Shown: positions 50,679 through 61,862 of the stretch, in pieces
Position numbering within the stretch: position 1 is the first letter of the stretch
How the letters are laid out: the number at the start of each line of letters is the position of its first letter
Assembly: GCA_963422375.2 (NCBI GenBank)
Contig: OY729427.2
Coordinates: 352,001 to 416,000 of the forward strand
Source: Bryobacterales bacterium
Lineage (GTDB): Bacteria > Acidobacteriota > Terriglobia > Bryobacterales > UBA6623
Length of the DNA: 64,000 bases
Direction: 5' to 3'
Program-made: the position numbers and the translations under genes
The notes under the pieces: model-generated
The model's input: only the letters and a program-made list of their open reading frames with translations
Told to the model about the DNA's origin: nothing
The model's database searches: none

Positions 50679-52906
50679 CCGACCGACTGAAAGCACTCGC
50701 GAAATCCGCGCTCGAGCGGGTGCCGGCGGGCCCGCTCAAGGATGCCTTCGAGGAGCTCGCGGCGGGCCGTGTCCTGCGCGCGTCCAGGAAGAGCCTGGCC
50801 GTGCAGCTCTACCTAGGCCTGGGCGGTGCCGTAGCCCTCACATTGGGGACCAGTGTCGTCGGCTGGGTCTCGTTCCAGCAGGTCGGCGAGCTTAACCGAC
50901 GCGTGGCCGACAGCAGCGTGCCGGACATGGCGGCGGCGTTTTCCGTGGCGCAGCACGTCGGCGCCCTCGTCGAAGCGGCCCCGCGACTGACAGTCGCGGA
51001 TTCTCCCGAGGAGTTCCAGGTCGAGGCGGACGAGGTGCGGCGGGAGGAGGCGGCCTTCGAGCGCCGGCTGGACGATCTCGCAACGCGGCGCGGCGAGAGC
51101 GAGGGAGTGCGCCGGGTTCGCATCTGGGGCCGCGAGATGGCAGCGAACATCCAAGCCATCGAGGAGTCGGTCGGCCGGCTGGCGGAACTGGCCGACATCA
51201 GCCGGGACCTGCAACTCAGACTGCGCGACTTGGATCTGGCCCTGTCCACCGAGCTGGTGACGGCGCTCGACGACCAGTTCTTCTTCGCCATGACGGGATA
51301 CCGCGAGCTCGGTCGGGTGGCGGCTGCGCGCGAGAGCCACTTCAACGAGGAGCAGTTCGACCGGTACCGCCGGCTGACAGTCGCGGTGCGAGGCGCGACC
51401 GCCGGGATGCTGCTGCTCTCCAACACGTTCGACCTGACGGATCCCGACCAGCTCGTCCCTCTCCGCGAGCGCTACGAGTCCTCGGCGCGCGCGGTTTTCC
51501 GGAGCGTGGCCGCGCTCGGACCGGACACCTTCGGACCGGACGCCGTCAACCACCTCGAGATGGTGCGGGAACTGAGCGGCGGGGCCGACGGGATCTTCGC
51601 GACCCGCTCTCTGGAGTTGGAGCTGCAGGTGGCCCAGCGGGAATTGCTGACCGACAACCGCCAGATCGCCTTCCGCCTGCTCGAAGAGGTCGAGAGCCTC
51701 GTCAGCAGCTTCCGGTCGCTGACGCTGGACGCGACGCAAACTTCCACGGCCGCGGTGAACACGGGGCGCACGCTGCTACTCGTGCTCAACGTCATCAGCA
51801 TCGTCGGGGCCGGCCTGATCGCGTGGCTCTTCATCGGGCGGCACTTGCTGAGCCGCCTCGAGCGGCTTTCGACCCGCATGAGGTACCTCGCCCACGGCGA
51901 CCTCGAGGGCGAAGTGAAAGTGGAGGGCACGGACGAGATCGCCGACATGGCCTCGGCGCTCGAGGTCTTCCGACGGCACGCTTTGGAAATCCAGCGCCTC
52001 AACCTTGTCGAGAAGCTGGCTGAGGACCTCCGGGCCAAGAACGCGGAGATGGAGGCCGTGGTCGCGGATCTGCGCAAGGCGCAGGACCAGATCATCATGC
52101 GGGAGAAGCTCGCCGCTCTAGGCGAACTCACCGCCGGCGTGGCGCACGAGATCAAGAATCCGCTGAACTTCGTCAAGAACTTTTCGGAGGTCTCCGAGGA
52201 GCTGCTCGAGGAGCTGCTCGAAGTCCTGCCCCCGGCGGGCAGCGAGATGACCGAGGACAGCCACATCGACATCGACGAGATCTGCGAGGACCTCACCGGA
52301 AACCTGCAGAGCATCCGGCAGCACGGCATCCGAGCGGACCGAATTGTCCAAGACATGCTCATGATGGGGCGCGGCTCCAGCGACAAGCGAGCGACCAAGA
52401 TCAACAGCCTAGTCAAGGAGCACGCAGATCTCGCCTACCACAGCGCCCGAGCCATTGACCCCAACTTCCAACTGCACATCGAGAACTCGTTCGACCCAGC
52501 CTTGGCAGAGGTGGAGATCAAAGTTATTCCGCAGGACCTAGGGCGGGTCGTGCTGAACATGGTGAGCAACGCCTGCCACGCGACCGACGAGAAGCGCCAC
52601 GCCAGCGACGGGTCCTACCTCCCCATGATGTGGGTCACGACGCAGCTGGACGGCGACCACCTTAAGATCCGAGTGAAGGACAACGGAAGCGGGATTCCGG
52701 AAGAGGTGGTCGACAAGATCTTCAACCCGTTCTTCACGACGAAGGCCGCCGACAAGGGCACGGGCCTAGGGCTGGCGCTCTCTAACGACATCGTGCGGGA
52801 GCACGGCGGAGCGATCAGCGTGGACACCAAGCCCGGCGAGTACACGGAAATGACCGTTGACATTCCCGTCGCGGCCGCCGACACCGTGGATCAGTCGCCG
52901 GCATAG
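50675..52906 (+). CDS. Membrane sensor histidine kinase (TorS-like periplasmic domain, HAMP, HisKA, HATPase)
   Basis: Two TM helices, DEIADMASAL (HAMP), GVAHEIKNPL, N box, DNGSG, FFTTK, GTGLGL. Confidence 0.92.
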   Translation: MTDRLKALAKSALERVPAGPLKDAFEELAAGRVLRASRKSLAVQLYLGLGGAVALTLGTSVVGWVSFQQVGELNRRVADSSVPDMAAAFSVAQHVGALVEAAPRLTVADSPEEFQVEADEVRREEAAFERRLDDLATRRGESEGVRRVRIWGREMAANIQAIEESVGRLAELADISRDLQLRLRDLDLALSTELVTALDDQFFFAMTGYRELGRVAAARESHFNEEQFDRYRRLTVAVRGATAGMLLLSNTFDLTDPDQLVPLRERYESSARAVFRSVAALGPDTFGPDAVNHLEMVRELSGGADGIFATRSLELELQVAQRELLTDNRQIAFRLLEEVESLVSSFRSLTLDATQTSTAAVNTGRTLLLVLNVISIVGAGLIAWLFIGRHLLSRLERLSTRMRYLAHGDLEGEVKVEGTDEIADMASALEVFRRHALEIQRLNLVEKLAEDLRAKNAEMEAVVADLRKAQDQIIMREKLAALGELTAGVAHEIKNPLNFVKNFSEVSEELLEELLEVLPPAGSEMTEDSHIDIDEICEDLTGNLQSIRQHGIRADRIVQDMLMMGRGSSDKRATKINSLVKEHADLAYHSARAIDPNFQLHIENSFDPALAEVEIKVIPQDLGRVVLNMVSNACHATDEKRHASDGSYLPMMWVTTQLDGDHLKIRVKDNGSGIPEEVVDKIFNPFFTTKAADKGTGLGLALSNDIVREHGGAISVDTKPGEYTEMTVDIPVAAADTVDQSPA

Positions 52907-53047
52907 TGAGTCAGCGTCGCGGTCGCCGATGTCCGCGGGACGCACGGACCGCAACGGCGCCGATCGAAAGCGGGTCGCGGCCAGCCATGCGAGCGCGCGC
53001 GGGGCTGGACCGCGGAATTCGGCATTCAACGCCGACAGCGGCCCTAA

Positions 53048-54919
53048 CCCGGATAATTCATGAGTAGCCCGGAGGGCCATAGTCCGGTCCCTCCGCCCGG
53101 GCCGTGAGGGCCCCCGGTCCAGCGCGATCCTCACTCCTAGAAGTGCCCTGCGATCCCCGGCGGCAGCCCCGGCCCGGTCCGATTAAGATCCAAGTTTATA
53201 CATTGAAATTGTTTTCATCCGGTAGGTTATAATGAATACACGGTCGCAGCTGCAGGCTCCCAGGGCGTTCTGTTCCGCAATCCGCGCCGTCGCCCCGTCG
53301 CCGTCCGCTGCGATCACGAGCGCAGCAGCTCCGACGGCGGCGCTGTCCCGGTCGACCACTCCCTCGCGGACATACTCCGCCAGCGCATCTACGGCCTCGC
53401 CTGCGGCTACGAGGACTGCAACGACGCCGGGCGCCTCGGCGGCGACCCCGTGTTCAAGCTGCCGCTCGGGCGCGACCCCTGGCAGGGCCGCGACCTGCCG
53501 TCCCGGCCCACCCTGTCGCGCTTCGAGAACGCCGTCACCGCGGACGCGCCGAGCGCGCTGTCCGCGGCGCCGGCCCGCTGCGTCGTGCGGCGCCGGCACG
53601 AGCGGCGCGCCGAGACGAGCATCGTCGAGCCGGACTTCGACCCGACCTGCGAGCCGCCGCACGGGGGCCGGCAGCTGGCGCTGTGCAACGGCTTCTACGA
53701 CGCGCATTGCTACTTGCCTTGCTACTTGCCGCTGGTGGGCGCGGTGCGCTTCGACGGCGAGCGCGAGCAGCATCTCGCGGCGGCGCTGCTGCGCTCGGGC
53801 ACGGCCGCCGCCGCGGAGGGCTTGCTCCCGCTGCTGGACCGCTTGCTGCCGCTGCTGCGGGAATTCTTCCCGCGGGCGACGCTGCGCCTGCGCTTGGACG
53901 CGGGCTTCCAAGGGGACGAGCTGCCGGCCTATGGCGAGCGCGAGGGCCTGGAGTACTGCGAGTACGTGGTGTGCATGCAGAAGAACGCGGTGCCGGAGCG
54001 GCGCGCGGCCCCGTTGCGGGCGGCCGTCGAGGCCCGGCGCGCGCCCGGCGGCACCCCGGGCACGGACCGCGGCGGGGCAGCGGCGGCCGCGGCGGACCCG
54101 CCGTCCCGGCTGGAGCAGTTGCGGGCGAAGTACGCGCGGCTGGGAGCCGGCACGCAGGGGGCCGGCCGGGCGCGGAGGACGCGGGCAAGAACCCGGGCCC
54201 GCTGCACGGGCAGTTCGTCTAGCGGGCGGGCCGCCGGTCGCGGGCGCGGCGGGTGATCGTCAAGGCGGACGCGAGCGAGTTTCCCGGGCGCGCCCCGCAG
54301 TGGCACCCGCGCTACGCGGTGACCAACGCGGGCGGCAGCCCGCAGCGCCTCTGCGAGCGGATCCACTGTCTGCGGGGAGACGAGGAGAACCGCGTCAAGG
54401 AGCTCGAGCACGGGATGCGGAGGGACCGCGCCAGCTGCTCGAGCTTCGCGGCGAACCGGTTCCGCGCGCCGCTCGCGGCGGCGGCCTGCGTGATCATGCA
54501 GGAACTGCGCTGGCAGGCACGGGACACGCCGCTGCGGAAGGGCCGGGTGGACGGGTTGAGCCTCGGCCTGCCGAAGCCGGGGGCGCGGGTCGCGGCCACG
54601 GCGCAGCGGATCGTGCTGCGAGTGCCGCGGACGGCACCGTTCCGGGACGCCTGGGCGGTGGTGGCGCGGGGCTTGGGGGCCGTGCCGATATGACGCCGGG
54701 CCGGGTCAATCCGGAGAGTGTCGGCAGGCGCCGGGCGCCGCCGGGGGAAACCGTGCCTGCCACCCGGGCGGGTGCCGCCGAGGAGGTGTCCGCGGCCCGC
54801 GCGCCGCCCCGCAAGCCCCGCATTCCCCGCCCGCAGGCGTTTCGGAAGCAAATTGGGCGGCCATCGAGAGCCCAGAAACTGGACCCATGAGCCTGCGCCG
54901 CATTCGTGAATAATGCGGG
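53048..54919 (+). mobile_element. IS1380-family element copy 2, transposase pseudogene
   Basis: Same ends and body as copy 1; flanks CTAA/CTAG; 12-bp tandem duplication at 53707-53730; 5' internal deletion relative to copy 1. Confidence 0.92.
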
Positions 54920-55090
54920 CTAGGAGGCACGCTCCGGCAGACGGGCACCGATACCAAGGCACCCGCCTGCCCGTCGGCGGAGCCGAGTTAGCACCGCGGC
55001 TCCGAGTCGCGGGCCGACGCTTCCCCGCCCGGCGACGGGACACAGCGAGGCAGCCGCGGCCCGAAAAGCCGCCAAACACGGAAACGCGAC

Positions 55091-55429
55091 TCAGGGTCGG
55101 ACAGCGGCCAGAGCGGCCGCTCGGGATCTGTGGATCGCGATGATCTTGTCGAAGCCGCTGATCTCGAACACTTCTCGGATCGGCTCGGCGAGCTCGCACA
55201 GCGCAAAACCCATCCGCCGGTTCCTGAGGGTCTTGGCCGTTAGCAGGATCGCCCTCAGGCCGGCGCTGCTGATGTACGACATGCCGCCGCAGTCGATGAC
55301 CACGCCTAGGTCGCCGTCGGCCATCGAGTCCCTGAGCAGCTTCTCGAATTCGTGCGCGTTCGTGCCATCAACGCGATGCCACCCTTGGGCGACCAAGATT
55401 CCGTCCAAGCGATCCGTGACCAGTTCCAT
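55091..55429 (-). CDS. STAS-domain anti-sigma factor antagonist (RsbV-like)
   Basis: IDCGGMSYISSAGLRAIL (phosphoacceptor Ser), VFEISGF. Confidence 0.9.
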   Translation of the reverse strand: MELVTDRLDGILVAQGWHRVDGTNAHEFEKLLRDSMADGDLGVVIDCGGMSYISSAGLRAILLTAKTLRNRRMGFALCELAEPIREVFEISGFDKIIAIHRSRAAALAAVRP

Positions 55430-55604
55430 GTTCCGAGACTCCGATGCTACAGCCAGCGCCGGGCACGGCCCACACACCGCCCAATTGCAGCAGGCCGCGA
55501 CCCAGCCGAGCTGCAAGCAGTATACCAGCACGGGGGCCGTCGAGCGGCCGCTTCGGAATTCGTGCCGCGCGGCGGCGGGCGCGCTGGCCGCGTTCGGTGG
55601 CGCC

Positions 55605-55693
55605 TGGTGCTGGAGGAGGGGGTCGAACCCTCATGCCCGGTAAGGGGCGCTGGATTTTGAGTCCAGTGCGTCTGCCAATTCCGCCACTCCAGC
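55605..55693 (-). tRNA. tRNA-Leu (CAA)
   Basis: GCTGGAGTGGCGGAATTGGCAGACG...CTGGA-CTCAAAA-TCCAG, long variable arm, GGTTCGA, CTCCAGCACCA. Confidence 0.95.
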
Positions 55694-55890
55694 ACTTCCG
55701 GGCGATGCCGAACCATCCTGCCGCAGACCCCGGGCGGCGCGCCCGCGGCCCGCTCGCTGGCCTCATTGTACCCGCGCTCTGGAACGGCTCGCGGGCAGGG
55801 CCGAGGCCCCGCCGCCCTGCCCGGATTCCGCCGTCCCTCGCCCGGCCCGGCATCGGCGATAAAGGGCGGCTTGCCGCGGAGCAGACGCGC

Positions 55891-56781
55891 ATGAAGACGG
55901 CGGGGGTAATCGACTTGGGCGACATGGGCATCGGCCTCGCCCGCAACCTGCTGGCGGCGGGCTTCCCGACCGCGGGCTACGACCTGAGGCTCGAGCGCGT
56001 CGAGCTGCTCGCCGAGCTGGACGGCCACCCGGCCTCGAGCTGCGCGGAGGTGGGAGCTAAGTCTGACGCCGTTTTCGTCATGGTCATGAGCGGCAGCCAG
56101 GTCCGGGACGCGCTCCTCGACACCGACGGCGCCGTCGGCGCCATGCGCCCCGGCAGCGCGGTGATCGTGACGGCAACGGTGCTCCCGGGCGAGGTGGCCG
56201 CGCTGGCGGAGCCGCTGGCGAGCAGCGGCATCGGCCTGATCGATTCCCCCGTCACGGGCGGCAAGGCGGGAGCGGACGGCGGCGCGCTGACGCTTATGGC
56301 GTCCGGGCATCGCGACGACCTAGAAGGCTGCCGCGACCTGCTCGGCGCGGTGTCCAAGACGGTGCTCCATGTCGGCGAAGAGCCCGGCCAAGGCCAAGTC
56401 GTCAAGGCGACCCTGCAAGCGCTGATCGGCTGCACCTTCGCCGCGACGTTCGAGTCCCTAGTAGTTGCGGCCAAGTCCGGAGTGAAGGGTGGCACGCTGC
56501 TCGAGGTGCTTCGCTCGAGCTCGGTCGGCAGCCCCTTGATCGAGCATTGCGCGCGTCAGGTGCTGGACTGGCGCTTCCGGGACACGGGCAGCCGCATCGG
56601 CACGATGTACAAGGATCTCGGCATCTCGATGAGCGTGGCGCGCGAGGCGGGCGCGTCGATGTTCGCCACCAGCGCGGCCTATGAGATGTTCCAAGCCGGA
56701 ATCTCGCGATATCCCGATGAGGACAACTGGGCCGTCGCGAAATGGCTGGAAGAGATCGTCGGCGCGCAGGTCGAGTGGTAG
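55891..56781 (+). CDS. NAD(P)-dependent beta-hydroxyacid dehydrogenase family protein, possibly inactive
   Basis: DSPVTGG, LTLMASG, GQGQVVK, KDL; Rossmann motif reads VIDLGDMG instead of VIGLGxMG. Confidence 0.85.
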   Translation: MKTAGVIDLGDMGIGLARNLLAAGFPTAGYDLRLERVELLAELDGHPASSCAEVGAKSDAVFVMVMSGSQVRDALLDTDGAVGAMRPGSAVIVTATVLPGEVAALAEPLASSGIGLIDSPVTGGKAGADGGALTLMASGHRDDLEGCRDLLGAVSKTVLHVGEEPGQGQVVKATLQALIGCTFAATFESLVVAAKSGVKGGTLLEVLRSSSVGSPLIEHCARQVLDWRFRDTGSRIGTMYKDLGISMSVAREAGASMFATSAAYEMFQAGISRYPDEDNWAVAKWLEEIVGAQVEW

Positions 56782-56794
56782 CGGGAGGCGGTCC

Positions 56795-57673
56795 GTGGCA
56801 AGTCTCGGAGTGATCACCGACGGCATCAGCCGGGACCTCGAGCACGCGCTCGAGGTGATGCGCGCGCACGGCATGCGCCGGGCGGAGCTCCAGTACCTCC
56901 GGGACAAGGAGGTCGGCGACTTGGACGAGGCGGGCGTGGCGCGGGTCCGCGATCTCTGCAGGCAGTACGTACGAGGTCGGCGTCTGCTGCGTGTCACGGC
57001 ACAACTTCGCGGGCCTGCCGGTCGGCGAGTCGGAGGTCGGCGACCCCCGGCACTCGCACCACATGGACGCGCTGCGACGCTGCGTTGCCACAGCGAAAGT
57101 GCTGAACTGCCGCTTGGTCCGGATCATGAGCTTCCGCAAGGAGATGATCCTGTTCGGGTCCGGCGGCGCCGAGTGCTGGAACGTCGCGACCGCGGCTTGG
57201 GACAGGCTCAAGCTGCTCCTGCATCCGGCCGTCCAGCTGGCCGAGGACGAGGGCGTCACGCTCGCGGTCGAGACCGGCAACGGATCGATGATCACCTCCG
57301 GCTGGCTCGGGCGGAAGCTAGTCGACGAGATGGGATCCGCTCGGCTGCGCGTGCTATGGGATTCCGGCAACAGCCTGTACTGCGCGGAGCGGCCCTGGCC
57401 CGACGGGTACGAGGCGCTCGCGGGGCGCCTGGCGCACATCCATATCAAGGACGTGCGCGTCGACATCCCGCGGGCGACCGTGGAGCAGTGCCGCTTCGGC
57501 GAGGGCCAGATGGCACCCTACTTCGCGGACCTCGCCTCGGCCCTGGCCCGTGACGGCTACCAAGGCGTCGTCTCGCTGGAGAGCGTCTACCGGCCGCCGG
57601 GCGGCTCGTTCGAGGACGGGTTCCGCGCGTCCTTCCCACTCTTCCGCGAGACGTTCGGCTCGGTGCCTCCCCG

Positions 57674-57677
<4 letters not shown>
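56795..57677 (+). pseudogene. Sugar phosphate isomerase/epimerase (TIM barrel), frameshifted
   Basis: LGVITDGIS...; 4-bp duplication GTACGTAC at 56965-56972 shifts the frame; AVETG, WDSGN, HIHIKD, SLES downstream. Confidence 0.85.
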
Positions 57678-58717
<1,040 letters not shown>

Positions 58718-58760
58718 GCGATTACTCCTTCCGTGAACGCTGGCTGCGTATCAATCCTTC

Positions 58761-58790
58761 ATAATATAGCGAACATATTGCGAATTTCAA
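58761..58790 (-). promoter_or_regulatory. recA promoter with LexA-type direct-repeat box
   Basis: Minus strand TTGAAA-N18-TATTAT enclosing ATTC-N7-GTTC (plus strand GAAC-N7-GAAT, 58771-58785). Confidence 0.7.
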
Positions 58791-58858
58791 GCGAGAATCG
58801 GAAGCATTTCGGCTCCTCTGCGAAAGCAGCCCCGTTGCGACCGAGGTTGCCGCACCCG

Positions 58859-59812
58859 CTAGTTCGACTCGCTCGGCGACGGCGCGTAGTAGCCGCTGCG
58901 AACGCGCACCGTGGCGTTGCGCATGCGCGTTCTCACCTCGACCGTGTGGAACGAGCCGTCATTCACGAACTGGCTCGGCGAGTAGAGGATGAAGTACTGG
59001 TGGCGCAGCTCGTTGGCGATGTTGGCGAAGGACTGCTGGAGGTCGCGCGCCTGGAACGGGTGAAAGGCCACGCCGCCCGTCTCCCGAGCGAAGCGCCGCA
59101 GCGTCTTGTCGCCGTCCTGGGACATGCCGCTGCGGTTGGTCGAGATCGTGTAGACAACGGCCTCGGCTCGGTGCGCCATCTGCAGTGCGTCCTCCCGCGT
59201 GACGGTGCTGCGATTGTCCTCGCCGTCGCCGATCACCACCAAGGCGCGCCGGAACTGCTCCTTCGGCTGATCCTCCGGCAGCTTGTCGCGGCAGGCGTAG
59301 TAGATCGCGTCGTACAGGGCCGTACCGCCCCCGGCCCGCAAGCGGCGGACTCCGTCCGCCAGCTCCTCCATATCGCTGGTGTAGTCGACGATCAGCTCGG
59401 CCCTCGTGTCGAAGCTGACCAGGAACGCCCGGTCGTTGACCTCGGCCAGGACGCGCTGCAGGAACTCGATCGCCGCCTCCTGCTCGAACTTGAACCGCGC
59501 GCGAATCGAATTGCTGGTGTCGAGGATCACGCCGATGCGCAGCGGGAGGTCGCTCTCGCGGTCGAACTCGCGGATCTCCTGCGGCCAGCCGTCGTCGAAG
59601 ACCTGGAAGTCGTCGCGCCCCAAGTCTGTGATGAAGCGGTTCCGGCGATCAGTGACCGTGAACAGCAGCGGCACCCTGGCCACGTCCACCTTGATGATGT
59701 CCGATTCCGATTCGCTGTAGACGGGCTCGAACTCCTGCCTGCCCGCCTCCTGCCCCCGCGCGGCCGCGGCCAGCGCGAGGCAGGCCGCCAAGGCGGCGAA
59801 ACGCCCCAACAT
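58859..59812 (-). CDS. VWFA-related acidobacterial domain protein
   Basis: Signal peptide, FTVTDRRNRFITDL, LDTSNS (MIDAS), GGTALYDAI, GDGEDN, ETGG, ELRHQY. Confidence 0.9.
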   Translation of the reverse strand: MLGRFAALAACLALAAAARGQEAGRQEFEPVYSESESDIIKVDVARVPLLFTVTDRRNRFITDLGRDDFQVFDDGWPQEIREFDRESDLPLRIGVILDTSNSIRARFKFEQEAAIEFLQRVLAEVNDRAFLVSFDTRAELIVDYTSDMEELADGVRRLRAGGGTALYDAIYYACRDKLPEDQPKEQFRRALVVIGDGEDNRSTVTREDALQMAHRAEAVVYTISTNRSGMSQDGDKTLRRFARETGGVAFHPFQARDLQQSFANIANELRHQYFILYSPSQFVNDGSFHTVEVRTRMRNATVRVRSGYYAPSPSESN

Positions 59813-59819
59813 GGTTGCA

Positions 59820-60791
59820 TTATAAACCGAGCGAGGCGAGCCCGGCCTCGAAATCGGCCGGCAACGGAACGCCGAAGCGCATCCGCGCCCCGCTCTCGGG
59901 GTGATCGAACTCCAGAGCCGCGGCGTGCAGGAGGTACCGTTGCGGGAGCGCCCCGCCGCCCGGCCTGCGACGCGCTCCGTAGAGGGTGTCCCCCACCACC
60001 GGGCGGCCCGCACTGGCTAGGTGGACGCGGACCTGATGCGTACGTCCGGTGTGAATGCGCACTTCGGCGAGGGCGAAGCCCCCTCCGGAGCGCAGCGCCC
60101 GCACGTCGCTGACCGCCTCGCGGCCGTTGATCCCCGCGGCCATCTTGACCCGATTGCGCCTGTCGCGGCGGATCGGCATCTCGAGCCGGAGCCACCACCG
60201 CCCGCCCTGCATCACGGCCCGCCCGCGCCGCAGGAGCTTGGGGTCGTCATGCGGGTCGGACGGCAGCACCCCCTCCACCGCGGCCCAGTACAGCTTCGCC
60301 ACCTCCCGCCGCCGGAACTGCTCCTGCAGGCGGCGATGGGCGCGGTCGGTCTTGGCCACCACCAGCGCCCCCGTCGTGAAGCGGTCCAGCCGATGCACGA
60401 TGCCCGGGCGCAGCGCGCCCGGCGCCCCGGCGAGGCTGTCGAGGTGGTGCAGCAAGGCGTTGACCAGCGTGCCGGAGCTCCGGCCCGCGCCGCCATGCAC
60501 GCTCATCCCGGCCGGCTTGTCGACCACGGCGACGTGGTCGTCCTGGTAAAGGATCCGCAGGTCCAATGGCTCGGGCTCGGCCCGCAGGGCGGGCGGCTCG
60601 GACGGCTCCACGTCGATCGCCTCGCCTCCGGACAGCTTGCGCGACGCCTTGCGCTCCGGGCTCCCGCCGACCCGCACGCGGCCCTCCCGGATCCAAGCCA
60701 GCACCCGCGAGCGGCTCGCCTCCTCGAGGCGAGCCGCCAAGTACCGGTCCAGGCGCTCCCCGGCAGCCTCGGCTCCTGCGTCGAGACGCAT
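59820..60791 (-). CDS. RluA/RluD-family pseudouridine synthase with S4 domain
   Basis: GERLDRYL, VVDKPAG, GIVHRLD, TGRTHQVRVH, GDTLY. Confidence 0.93.
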   Translation of the reverse strand: MRLDAGAEAAGERLDRYLAARLEEASRSRVLAWIREGRVRVGGSPERKASRKLSGGEAIDVEPSEPPALRAEPEPLDLRILYQDDHVAVVDKPAGMSVHGGAGRSSGTLVNALLHHLDSLAGAPGALRPGIVHRLDRFTTGALVVAKTDRAHRRLQEQFRRREVAKLYWAAVEGVLPSDPHDDPKLLRRGRAVMQGGRWWLRLEMPIRRDRRNRVKMAAGINGREAVSDVRALRSGGGFALAEVRIHTGRTHQVRVHLASAGRPVVGDTLYGARRRPGGGALPQRYLLHAAALEFDHPESGARMRFGVPLPADFEAGLASLGL

Positions 60792-60874
60792 GGCCCTAAG
60801 CGTGCCACATCCCCGCGCGCATCCTCGCGAGGCGGGTTCGGCCCGGGGCGCGAGGCGCTTGACAGCCGCCAGGG

Positions 60875-60912
60875 AGTGTGTAATCATTCATCTAGATGAA
60901 TAATTCTTCTAG
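60875..60912 (+). promoter_or_regulatory. Tandem ARG-box-like operator at argF
   Basis: Cores TGTGTAATCATTCA (60877-60890) and TGAATAATTCTTCT (60897-60910); TTGACA at 60859-60864. Confidence 0.6.
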
Positions 60913-61855
60913 CGGGCGCGGCGCGCGGGGCGACGGCCCGGCGCACTACCTGCGCGACACGGATCTCGACGCGGCGCAGCTGCGCGCCCTGCTGGACCTA
61001 GCCCTGCGCGTGAAGGCGGAGCCCACGCTCCACAGCGAGGCGCTCAGGCACCGCTCGATCGCCCTGCTGTTCGAGAAGCCGTCCCTGCGCACGCGCATGA
61101 CCTTCGAGCTGGCGATGATGCAGCTCGGTGGCGTCGCGATCTTCCAGGACCATCGCGACGGGCGCATCGGCGAGCGGGAGCCCGCGCGCGATATCGCCCG
61201 GAACCTCGACCGCTGGTTCGACGCGATCGTGGCCCGGACCTACTCCCACATGACGCTGGAGCGCCTGGCCGACTGGTCCGGCGCGCCCGTGATCAACGCC
61301 CTCAGCGAGGCGTACCACCCGTGCCAGGCCCTAGCCGACTTCGCCACCGTGCTCGAGCGCTTCGGGTCGCTCGAAGGACTGAAGGTCGCCTATGTCGGCG
61401 ACAGCAACAACGTGGCGCACTCGCTGCTGCATTCCGCCTCGCTGCTGGGCGTCTCCATCTCGGTCTGCTCGCCCCCCGGGTACGGCTTGCGCGCCGAGGA
61501 TCTGGCCCGGGCGCGGCGGGCGGGGGCGGCCTCCGGCGCCGTGATCGAGGTCGGGCACGACCTGCGGCAGGCCGTCAGCGGCGCGGCCGCGGTCTACACC
61601 GACGTGTGGACCAGCATGGGGTGGGAGGAACAGACGCACCAGCGCCGGATCGCGTTCGCGGACTACCAAGTCAGCGACGAGGTCATGGACGCCGCCGGCG
61701 ACGACGCGGTGTTCATGCACTGCCTGCCCGCGCTGCGCGGCCAAGAGGTGACCGACTCGGTGATCGAGTCCCCGCGCTCGGTCGTGTTCGACCAAGCCGA
61801 GAACCGCCTGCACGCTCACAAGGCGCTGCTGCTGACGCTGCTGGGAGGGGAATAG
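60896..61855 (+). CDS. argF: Ornithine carbamoyltransferase
   Basis: FEKPSLRTR, HPCQALAD, YTDVWTSMG, FMHCLPA, QAENR. Confidence 0.95.
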   Translation: MNNSSSGRGARGDGPAHYLRDTDLDAAQLRALLDLALRVKAEPTLHSEALRHRSIALLFEKPSLRTRMTFELAMMQLGGVAIFQDHRDGRIGEREPARDIARNLDRWFDAIVARTYSHMTLERLADWSGAPVINALSEAYHPCQALADFATVLERFGSLEGLKVAYVGDSNNVAHSLLHSASLLGVSISVCSPPGYGLRAEDLARARRAGAASGAVIEVGHDLRQAVSGAAAVYTDVWTSMGWEEQTHQRRIAFADYQVSDEVMDAAGDDAVFMHCLPALRGQEVTDSVIESPRSVVFDQAENRLHAHKALLLTLLGGE

Positions 61856-61862
61856 TAGTCCG

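Noticed and set aside
37275..54919. Composite transposon bounded by the two direct IS1380 copies
   Set aside because: Copy 1 has its own CTAG duplication and its removal rejoins csx1, so it inserted independently
55605..55693. tRNA-Leu as an island integration site
   Set aside because: No duplicated tRNA 3' end or integrase noticed in the window
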